A stretch of 64,000 nucleotides of DNA, from assembly GCA_026413945.1 (NCBI GenBank), contig JAOAJX010000002.1:1-64000 (forward strand), in the 5' to 3' direction. Source of the stretch: Candidatus Iainarchaeum sp. (lineage in GTDB: Archaea; Iainarchaeota; Iainarchaeia; Iainarchaeales; DTGL01). Every line of letters starts with the position of its first letter. The first letter of the stretch is position 1. The notes beneath the pieces are model-generated. The model worked only from the letters and a program-made list of their open reading frames with translations, was not told the origin of the DNA and made no database searches. The translations under genes were made by a program, and so were the position numbers. Below, piece by piece: positions 29,269 to 37,271 of the stretch.

Positions 29269-29904
29269 TTACTTCTTTAAAAGCTCTTTTCTTATCACTA
29301 CTATTTCTGGAAGGCCGCGGTAATGTCCAGCATAATCTAAACCATAACCGCCTACAAACACGCGTGGTATTTGAAATCCAACGAAGTCAACTTGCACATC
29401 TTTTGCAATTCCTTTATCAAGTAGCACGCATGTCTTAAACCTTTTTGCATTTTTGCCAATCATTTCTTGAAGAATTTTGAGTGTTTTACCAGTATCAACA
29501 ATATCCTCTATAAGTAATACGTTTTCACCCTGCAGTTCATCTATCTTATAGAGATCAACTTTGCCACTAGATTTTGAGCTGTTTCCGTAGCTGGAACATT
29601 TTATAAAATCAAGCTTTGTCCTAATATCACTTTGCTCATCGAGTGCTCTAATTAAATCTGCGGCAAAAAACATGCCTCCTTTAAGAATTACATAGCAGTC
29701 AAGTTCTTTAATTCTCTTAAATGTTGCACTTATTTCCAATGCAAGAGCCGTTATTCTTGCTTCAAGGCAACCTTTGGTTATGAGTATGCGATCGATTTCT
29801 TGTTCATATTTTTTCCTAACAACAGGCTCTGGCTCATTTTTTAGCTTTATGCCCTCTTCAGGCACAATTACTTTCCTTGAAAAGTTAGTTACTATTGTAT
29901 GCAT
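29269..29904 (-). CDS. hpt: Hypoxanthine phosphoribosyltransferase (bacterial type)
   Basis: ILKGGMFFAADL, SSYG...SSGKV, VLLIEDIVDTGKTL, LLDK, FVGGYGLDY...YRGLP. Confidence 0.88.
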   Translation of the reverse strand: MHTIVTNFSRKVIVPEEGIKLKNEPEPVVRKKYEQEIDRILITKGCLEARITALALEISATFKRIKELDCYVILKGGMFFAADLIRALDEQSDIRTKLDFIKCSSYGNSSKSSGKVDLYKIDELQGENVLLIEDIVDTGKTLKILQEMIGKNAKRFKTCVLLDKGIAKDVQVDFVGFQIPRVFVGGYGLDYAGHYRGLPEIVVIRKELLKK

Positions 29905-30652
29905 CGAACCACCTTCTAAAAAATGTTGCTTTTTTTATTGCAATCTCATACTTTTCAGGCGTATCTGTTGGGAACCATTGGCCCACGCATTTGCAACCAT
30001 AAAGACTTTGCTCGAATGAAAGCACAGGAAAAACATCCCTTTCTAAGCTATAGCGTCTTTTTTTAGGTATCATTCTTAAAATCTTGTTGGATAATGCATA
30101 TGCGCCCGCATTTACTATTCTGCTTTCCGTTTCCCATGATTTTGGTTTTTCTATGAACCTAAGAACTTTATTACCTTCAAGCTCGACAACGCCAAAGTTT
30201 TCAATGTTTTTAAGTTTTTTTAGTGCAATAACGCCAAGTGCTTTTTTCTTTTCAAGCAAAAGTGCCATTTTGCTATAATTTACATCTTTTACTTCATCAC
30301 CATTGCAAACAAAGAAGCTCTTGCCTTTTAAGTATTTTTCCGCATTTTTTAGAGCACCCGCAGTACCCAGGAGTTTTTCTTCTTTGCAATAGGTTATTCT
30401 TGCACCATCAAACTTTTTGCCAAAATAGTCATTTATTACTTCATTTTTGTGGCTAACGCCGAGGATGATTTGCTTTACGCCATGCTCTATAAGGTTCCTT
30501 ATATTGTATTCGAGTATAGGCCTGCCTTTCACAAGAAGCATTGGCTTTGGTATTTCGAGAGTGAATGGTCTTAGGCGCAATCCCATGCCGCCAGCAAGCA
30601 CAAATGCTTTTCTTGTTTTTGTTTTTTCATTTATTGCATTTTCTTTTTTCAT
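29885..30652 (-). CDS. Sugar-phosphate nucleotidyltransferase
   Basis: LAGGMGLRLRPFTLEIPKPML, LGTAGAL, NGD, FIEKP, NAGAY. Confidence 0.9.
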   Translation of the reverse strand: MKKENAINEKTKTRKAFVLAGGMGLRLRPFTLEIPKPMLLVKGRPILEYNIRNLIEHGVKQIILGVSHKNEVINDYFGKKFDGARITYCKEEKLLGTAGALKNAEKYLKGKSFFVCNGDEVKDVNYSKMALLLEKKKALGVIALKKLKNIENFGVVELEGNKVLRFIEKPKSWETESRIVNAGAYALSNKILRMIPKKRRYSLERDVFPVLSFEQSLYGCKCVGQWFPTDTPEKYEIAIKKATFFRRWFDAYNSN

Positions 30653-30694
30653 ATGCGTTTATGTATGCGATATGTTTATAATTTGGAGTTATGC

Positions 30695-31522
30695 TCACAA
30701 AAGAATATTTGCTTTCTCAATATCTAATCTTTTGTTTATATTCAAGTACAGGCCTTGAAATGGATACCCATAAACTATGCCCTGCCTTGACAATCTAGGA
30801 AGAATATCCCTTTCAATGCTTTTATCTGTTGGCTGTATGTAAGAGAATATCGTTGGCTCTATTATAAAATAACCAGAGTTTACAAGATAGCTTTCAACCT
30901 TTGATTTTGGCTTTTCAACAAAATTCCTTATCTTTGGGCCTTCCATAACAGCAACACCATATTTTTTTGGTTCATCCACACTTGTTAGCGCAATAGTCAT
31001 TATGCTTGAATGGTCTTTATGGAAAGCGTACATGCTTCCCAAATCCACCCTACATATTGTGTCGCCATATGCAAGTAAAAAAGATTCTCTAATATAGTCC
31101 TTTGCCATAAGCAAAGGCCTTACCGTGCCGCTCGCCCTTTCCGCATTTATAAATGTGATGTTATATGGTTTACTCAAAGCACTGAAATAATTGACAATTT
31201 CTTCTTTTTTGTAGTCTAAATACACAATGAACCTGTTTATGCCAAAACCATGTAAATGGTCTAACACATGCTCTAGCAAAGCCTTTTTGCCAATCTGAAC
31301 CATGAACTTTATTTTACCATCAATGCTTATATCACTTGGTTTTCCACCAGCTAGCACTAGTGCAGTGCTTAGCTTATCAGAGAGCGCCTTGGTGAGCACG
31401 TATTCAACAGCTTGGCTTCTGCTCCTTATCGATAGGCCATCAACTAAAGAATCTACTTTCGAAAGTATATCTTCGCTTATAGAAATGGTGGTCCTTGTTC
31501 TTCTTTTAGGAGTTTTTATCAT
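30695..31522 (-). CDS. Ribbon-helix-helix (CopG-like) domain fused to degenerate nucleotidyltransferase domain
   Basis: RTTISISEDILSKVDSLV...RSRSQAVEYVL RHH; ALVLAGG lacking the GxRL/PKP signature; YGD, FVEKP, NSGYF. Confidence 0.8.
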   Translation of the reverse strand: MIKTPKRRTRTTISISEDILSKVDSLVDGLSIRSRSQAVEYVLTKALSDKLSTALVLAGGKPSDISIDGKIKFMVQIGKKALLEHVLDHLHGFGINRFIVYLDYKKEEIVNYFSALSKPYNITFINAERASGTVRPLLMAKDYIRESFLLAYGDTICRVDLGSMYAFHKDHSSIMTIALTSVDEPKKYGVAVMEGPKIRNFVEKPKSKVESYLVNSGYFIIEPTIFSYIQPTDKSIERDILPRLSRQGIVYGYPFQGLYLNINKRLDIEKANILL

Positions 31523-31526
31523 AATC

Positions 31527-31545
31527 TTTCATACTATTTATGAAA
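31527..31545. promoter_or_regulatory. Candidate operator TTTCATA-N5-TATGAAA
   Basis: Inverted repeat 4 nt upstream of RHH-fusion start, downstream of divergent TTTAAA boxes (31555-31577). Confidence 0.45.
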
Positions 31546-31590
31546 CATTCATTTATTTAAATGTTATGCATTTAAATCTTGCTGGATTAT

Positions 31591-32874
31591 ATGCGCATCG
31601 CAATGATAGGAACAGGTTATGTTGGCTTAGTAACTGGCACATGCTTAGCACAAATTGGACATAATGTTGTCTGCGTTGACATCGATGAGAAAAAAATAAA
31701 GATGCTTAAGGCTGGCATATGCCCCATTTATGAACCACAATTAGAAGCAATGATTAGAGAGAACCTTAAAAATGGAAGATTAAAATTTACCACAGACACA
31801 AAAAGAGCAGTTCAGGAGTCTTATGTAGTTATGATTGCTGTCTGTACACCACAGACTAAAAATGGCAAAGCGGATCTCAGCTCTTGGAAGAAAGCTGCCT
31901 GCACTATAGCTGAAGCAATAAATGAGGAAAAAGTAATTGTTAATAAGAGCACTGTGCCTGTTGGCACTGCAGAACTATTGAAAAAAATAATCAACGCAAG
32001 ATACAAAGGTAAATTTTATGTTGTATCGAATCCAGAGTTTCTTAGAGAGGGAAATGCAGTTAATGATTTTATGAAACCCGACAGAATTGTTGTTGGTTAT
32101 GAAAGTACAAAAGCTAAGAAAGCAATGCAGGAACTTTATAGAAATATAAAATGTAAAAAGTTTTACACTGATTTGCGTACAGCAGAACTAATAAAATATG
32201 CATCAAACGCGCTTCTTGCAATAAAAATTTCATTCATAAATGAGATTGCAATGCTTTGCGATAAAGTTGGTGCAAACGTTGTTTCTGTCTCAAAAGGCGT
32301 TGGGATGGATAGAAGGATAGGCCCCTATTTTCTCAATGCTGGTTGTGGCTGGGGCGGGTCTTGTTTTCCAAAGGATGTAAGTGCGCTTGTTTATATGGGT
32401 AAAAGAAACAAAGCAGCACAGAGCATTGCCAGAGCAGCACATATTTCTAATGAAAGAGCGAAGCTTCAGCCAGTATTAAAGCTTAAGAAGCACCTTGGAA
32501 AATTGAACGGCAAGAAGATTGCCTTGCTTGGCCTTTCATTCAAGCCGAATACTGATGATGTTAGGAGCGCTAGTAGCTTAACAATAATTGGGGCACTTAA
32601 AAAAGAAGGCGCAATTATTCGTGCTTATGATCCAGCAGCCATGAAAAACACAAAGCCCTTATTTCCAGATATTCGTTATTGCAAAAACGCTTATGATGCA
32701 ACAAAAGGTGCTGATGCTATAATAATTATTACTGAATGGCGAGAATTCGCTAATCTTGACTATAAGAAAATCCATAATTCAATGAAAAAACCATTGATAA
32801 TAGACGGCAGAAACCTTTTAAATAGGAAAAACATTACTGATATTGGCTTTGTTTATGAGGGAATTGGGGTATAA
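31591..32874 (+). CDS. ugd: UDP-glucose 6-dehydrogenase
   Basis: IGTGYVGL, KSTVPVGT, SNPEFLREG, KYASNA, GGSCFPKD, GLSFKPNTDDVR, DGRN. Confidence 0.92.
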   Translation: MRIAMIGTGYVGLVTGTCLAQIGHNVVCVDIDEKKIKMLKAGICPIYEPQLEAMIRENLKNGRLKFTTDTKRAVQESYVVMIAVCTPQTKNGKADLSSWKKAACTIAEAINEEKVIVNKSTVPVGTAELLKKIINARYKGKFYVVSNPEFLREGNAVNDFMKPDRIVVGYESTKAKKAMQELYRNIKCKKFYTDLRTAELIKYASNALLAIKISFINEIAMLCDKVGANVVSVSKGVGMDRRIGPYFLNAGCGWGGSCFPKDVSALVYMGKRNKAAQSIARAAHISNERAKLQPVLKLKKHLGKLNGKKIALLGLSFKPNTDDVRSASSLTIIGALKKEGAIIRAYDPAAMKNTKPLFPDIRYCKNAYDATKGADAIIIITEWREFANLDYKKIHNSMKKPLIIDGRNLLNRKNITDIGFVYEGIGV

Positions 32875-32898
32875 AATGCATATTAAGGAGGTGTATAG

Positions 32899-34014
32899 AT
32901 GGGGTTAATTACTGTGTCTTGCATAAAAGCAGATGTTGGAAGCCTTTCTGGGCATATCACAGTATTGCCGGAAATGATAAAAATGATGGAGGACCATCTT
33001 GATGCAGCTAAAAAAGTGGGCACAATAGTAGACTACCATGTTTTTAATTGTGGTGATGACCTTGAAACCGTGATGACCCACAGAAAAGGGCGTGATAATG
33101 CTGAAGTGCATAAACTAGCTTGGGATGGATTCATGAAGGTTGCAAATTATGCAAGAAGCAAGAAGCTTTACGCTGCAGGTCAAGATCTACTGAGCGACTC
33201 TTTCTCAGGCAATGTAAGAGGCCAAGGTCCAGGTATTGCGGAAATGACTTTCATGGAAAGAAAGTCAGATCCAGTGCTTATATTTGCTTGTGATAAGACA
33301 GAGCCGGCTGCTTTTAACCTGCCGCTTTTCAAAGTATTTGCTGATCCCTTTACTACCGCAGGTCTTGTCATTGACCCGAAAGCAACTGCTGGTTTTTCAT
33401 TTGAAATAATGGATGTCTATAAGCATTTGAAGGCAACACTGCATTGTCCTGAAGAAATGTATGCACTTTTGGCGCTCATAGGCACCACAAGTACTTATGC
33501 AATCAAGCGCATTTACAAAAAGGGCAGTGAATCACCAGAAGAGAGGATTGCTGCAGAGGTTTGCACTGAAAAGCTTAATGTTCTAGCAGGACAATATGTT
33601 GGCAAAGATGACCCAGTCTGCATTGTAAGAGCACAGAGCGGATTTCCATCAGTTGGTGAAGTTATTGAAGGCTTTACCTTAGGGCATTTAGTGAGCGGCT
33701 GGATGAGAGGTTCTCATAAGGGTCCTTTAATGCCAGTGTCACTTAAGTATGCGACACCAACACGGTTCGATGGCCCACCGAGAGTTGTTGGCCTCGGCTT
33801 CCAGATTTGCAATGGAGAACTAATAGGTCCAAAGGATTTGTTTGACGATGTAAGCTTTGATCATGTAAGGGAAAGATGCAATTTGATAGCAGACTATATG
33901 CGAATGCACGGTCCATTTGAGCCACACAGAGTTAGCGAAAAAGAGCTTGAATATACAACACTACCAGATGTCCTAAAAAAGCTTGAGCAGAGGTTTAAGC
34001 CGACAGAGGAATAG
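32899..34014 (+). CDS. fbp: Bifunctional fructose-1,6-bisphosphate aldolase/phosphatase (class V)
   Basis: IKADVGS..GH, CGDDL, YAAGQDLL...SGNVRGQGPG, DKTEP, YVGKDDP, GWMRGSHKGPLMPV, RFDGPPR, GPFEPHR. Confidence 0.95.
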   Translation: MGLITVSCIKADVGSLSGHITVLPEMIKMMEDHLDAAKKVGTIVDYHVFNCGDDLETVMTHRKGRDNAEVHKLAWDGFMKVANYARSKKLYAAGQDLLSDSFSGNVRGQGPGIAEMTFMERKSDPVLIFACDKTEPAAFNLPLFKVFADPFTTAGLVIDPKATAGFSFEIMDVYKHLKATLHCPEEMYALLALIGTTSTYAIKRIYKKGSESPEERIAAEVCTEKLNVLAGQYVGKDDPVCIVRAQSGFPSVGEVIEGFTLGHLVSGWMRGSHKGPLMPVSLKYATPTRFDGPPRVVGLGFQICNGELIGPKDLFDDVSFDHVRERCNLIADYMRMHGPFEPHRVSEKELEYTTLPDVLKKLEQRFKPTEE

Positions 34015-34018
34015 TTCC

Positions 34019-34771
34019 ATGAAAGCAATAATACCCGCAGCCGGCTATGGCACAAGGCTGCGGCCTTTAACTTATTACATACCAAAAGCACTCATTGATA
34101 TTGCTGGGAGGCCTGTGATTGAGCACATACTCGACAAAATAGTTGAGCTTGGCTGTATTGATTCAGTTTATATAATATCAAACAATTATTACTATGATGT
34201 ATTTGCAAAATGGCTTAAAGGAATAAGTATTAACAGCAATTATCCATTTCACATAGAAATAATCAATGATGGTACCAACAATGAGCAAGAGCGCTTAGGC
34301 GCAATAGGTGACAAATTGCTAGCAATAAGGCAGAATGGACTTGAATGCGAACTTCTAGACATAAGCAGTGATAATATATTCGATTTCTCACTTTTGCCAA
34401 TCTACGATTTATATAAAAAGAAGAAAAGCTGTGTTTTGGGTGCCTATGATGTTGGCTCAATAGAGTTAGCAAAAAAATATGGGGTTTTAGCAGTTGACAA
34501 AAACTGGAAAATAATAGAATTCCAAGAAAAACCACCAGAACCAAAATCAACGCTTGCTAGCACAGGCATATACTTCTATACAAAAAAGATAGTAAAACTC
34601 TTTGAAGAGTATGCTAATGCGGGCCATTGTCTTGATGCACCCGGTACTTTCATTCAGTGGCTACACAAAAAAGAAGATAGTTACGCTTATAATTGTAAAG
34701 GAAAATGGTTTGATATTGGCTCAATGGAATCTCTTGAAATAGCTAGGAGGGAGATGAAATGCGTGCCTTAG
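34019..34771 (+). CDS. Sugar-phosphate nucleotidyltransferase
   Basis: PAAGYGTRLRPLT..PKALI, RLGAIGD, FQEKP, WFDIGS. Confidence 0.9.
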   Translation: MKAIIPAAGYGTRLRPLTYYIPKALIDIAGRPVIEHILDKIVELGCIDSVYIISNNYYYDVFAKWLKGISINSNYPFHIEIINDGTNNEQERLGAIGDKLLAIRQNGLECELLDISSDNIFDFSLLPIYDLYKKKKSCVLGAYDVGSIELAKKYGVLAVDKNWKIIEFQEKPPEPKSTLASTGIYFYTKKIVKLFEEYANAGHCLDAPGTFIQWLHKKEDSYAYNCKGKWFDIGSMESLEIARREMKCVP

Positions 34772-35703
34772 TTACTGGCTGTGCAGGTTTTCTTGGCTCA
34801 CATCTTTCAGAATATCTCATAGCCAATGATTACTATGTAATTGGCATTGATAACCTTTGTACTGGATCAGCAGAAAACATAAGGAATTTACCAAAAAAGA
34901 AATTCAAATTCGTAAAAGGGGATATAACAAAAAAAATTAAAGTGGCTGGTAAAATTGACGAAATATATAATCTTGCATCGCCAGCATCACCTTTGCATTA
35001 CCAGCGCATGCCAATAGAGACTATGTTTGCAAACTCATTGGGTGTAAAAAACTTATTAGAGCTTGCAATAAAAAAAGATGCAGCTTTTCTACACACTTCA
35101 ACTTCTGAGGTTTATGGCAACCCACTTATTCATCCACAGGTTGAGAGTTATTTTGGCAACGTAAATCCAATAGGGCCAAGGGCATGCTATGATGAATCAA
35201 AACGTTTTGCAGAGGCTTTAATCATAAACTATCAGCAGAGATTTGGCATGAAAACGAGGATTGCGAGGATATTCAATACATATGGCCCCAGAATGGCTAT
35301 AAATGATGGTAGAGTTATGCCAAATTTTATTATGCAGGCCATAAATAACGAACCGATAACTGTTTATGGTAAAGGTGAGCAAACAAGATCTTTTTGCTAT
35401 GTAAGTGATACTATTGAAGGCCTTTACCGGCTAATGAAATGCAATTATTCAATGCCTGTAAATATCGGCAATCCACAAGAAAATAAGATTATTGAACTTG
35501 CAGAAATTATAATAAAGCTCACCGGATCGAAATCTAAAATAATTTACAAAGACATGCCAAAAGATGATCCTGAAAGAAGAAAACCTGACATTTCTTTGGC
35601 AAAAAAGCTTCTTTCTTGGGAACCAAAGATTGGGCTTGAAGAAGGGCTTTCAAAAACAATACCTTGGTTTAGACAATTTGTTAGAAAACAACCAAAACGT
35701 TAA
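34759..35703 (+). CDS. UDP-glucuronate decarboxylase (UDP-xylose synthase) family SDR
   Basis: TGCAGFLGSH, NLASPASPLHY, STSEVYG, GPRACYDESKR, RIFNTYGPRM...DGRV, DDPERRKPDI. Confidence 0.9.
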   Translation: MRALVTGCAGFLGSHLSEYLIANDYYVIGIDNLCTGSAENIRNLPKKKFKFVKGDITKKIKVAGKIDEIYNLASPASPLHYQRMPIETMFANSLGVKNLLELAIKKDAAFLHTSTSEVYGNPLIHPQVESYFGNVNPIGPRACYDESKRFAEALIINYQQRFGMKTRIARIFNTYGPRMAINDGRVMPNFIMQAINNEPITVYGKGEQTRSFCYVSDTIEGLYRLMKCNYSMPVNIGNPQENKIIELAEIIIKLTGSKSKIIYKDMPKDDPERRKPDISLAKKLLSWEPKIGLEEGLSKTIPWFRQFVRKQPKR

Positions 35704-35741
35704 TATTAAAAAGAGTTTAATTTTTCATATGTTTGGTAATT

Positions 35742-37271
35742 ATGTCTGATCTGCGTGAGAGAATAAGCAATTTGAACTTTTATCTAAGTTCTTGGCTTGA
35801 TCTCTCGCATGGTTTACACAGCTATATTGTAGACCCCATCAGAAGTCAGCTTGCTTTCATTGATCCTGATAGTGCTTCTCAAGGTGCGCTATTGCTTGGC
35901 TATTTAAAGCTATATGAAAAGACCGCTGTGCAAGAATATTTAGACAGTGCATTGAAATGTGGTGAATGGCTGGTCGCAAACTATATATGGGAAGCAAACA
36001 TATTCTACAACTCCTGTTTTGAGCATAAGCCCGGCAATGATGAGAACTATGCATCACTTTTCGGAAACGCTTACGCAACCCTTGCACTGACAAGGTTGTG
36101 CAGCGTATTAAAAAAACAGAACATGAATTATAACAGGTTTTTCAATGTTGCAAAAAACAACATTGAGCGCTTTATAATAGCAAAGTGTTGGGACTATAAG
36201 AGATCGTTTTTAGAGTTTAGCCATAATAGTCAATTATTTAATCTTCCGGCAGCTGCAACAACAATCCGTGCAATTATGCGTTATTCGCTTTTGGTTGATG
36301 AACCTTCTATGATCACAGACTATTGCATTCCAACAGCTATACAACTACTTAAATTTCAATATAAAGATGGCTGTTTTGCAATGGATGAAAAAGATGAAAT
36401 TTCCCCACTTTTCAGGTGTGCCTTTACAATAAAGGGTCTTGCTGAAATGTGTGAAGTAAGACAAGATGAAAAAGTTGTTGAGCGCCTAAAGGATGCTGTC
36501 TCTTTTTTGAACAAGAGCGTGCATCCTACAGAAAAGCTCTATTATTATGGATACAGAGGAAACACATTCCTTAAGTATCCACTTTATGTTGCGCATAGTG
36601 CTGTAATTGCTTCCACAATCAAACAATTGGCACCATTAGGAATTAACAGCAATGTTGCTGATAGTGTTATTGAGAGCGTTTTATCAAGGCAATATTCTAA
36701 TGGCGCTTTGCCTTCTTACATTGGCTTTTGTAATGTTCTTTCTGAAATTTGTGAGAAGCCAAAGCAACCACTTTGGCAAGATGTCTTGCCTTGCCCAGCA
36801 TGGAATGCTTTTGCCTTTGAATCATTAGCAAATCTCTTGCCGATTAAGGCAGAGCTACCACTAACAAACGCAGATTTTCCTTGCACATACGAGTCGAAGG
36901 ATTATTCCATAACAGAAAGAAATTCTACGGTAATATTTTTTGCAAAAGATGGAAGCATAGCTGCAAAATGGTTTAAAGGTCACAGTAATTGGCTTTTTGG
37001 GAAGCTTTATATTACAGCAACTGAAGAAAAGAAAAAAAGCTCAAAGAAAATGCTTAAAAAAAGCGAAGCGACAACAAAAAAGAAGGCAAAGGTTTCTAAG
37101 AAAGCAGCCAAAGTTGAAGTAAAGGCAAACGTAGCCAAATTAGTGGAACAGAAGCAAAAAGAGCTTCAGCCAACGCAGCCAACACAAGAGCCTGAGAAAC
37201 CTGCACAAACCCAACCAGTAATTCAAACAGAGAAACCAAAACGCTTTTTGTTTGGGCTTTTTAGGAGATAG
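35742..37271 (+). CDS. Hypothetical protein, probable (alpha/alpha)-toroid with K-rich low-complexity tail
   Basis: Helical hairpin repeats (LGYLKLYEKT..EYLDSALKCGEWL, LLKFQYKDGCF, VLSRQYSNGAL); tail KKKSSKKMLKK... Confidence 0.65.
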   Translation: MSDLRERISNLNFYLSSWLDLSHGLHSYIVDPIRSQLAFIDPDSASQGALLLGYLKLYEKTAVQEYLDSALKCGEWLVANYIWEANIFYNSCFEHKPGNDENYASLFGNAYATLALTRLCSVLKKQNMNYNRFFNVAKNNIERFIIAKCWDYKRSFLEFSHNSQLFNLPAAATTIRAIMRYSLLVDEPSMITDYCIPTAIQLLKFQYKDGCFAMDEKDEISPLFRCAFTIKGLAEMCEVRQDEKVVERLKDAVSFLNKSVHPTEKLYYYGYRGNTFLKYPLYVAHSAVIASTIKQLAPLGINSNVADSVIESVLSRQYSNGALPSYIGFCNVLSEICEKPKQPLWQDVLPCPAWNAFAFESLANLLPIKAELPLTNADFPCTYESKDYSITERNSTVIFFAKDGSIAAKWFKGHSNWLFGKLYITATEEKKKSSKKMLKKSEATTKKKAKVSKKAAKVEVKANVAKLVEQKQKELQPTQPTQEPEKPAQTQPVIQTEKPKRFLFGLFRR

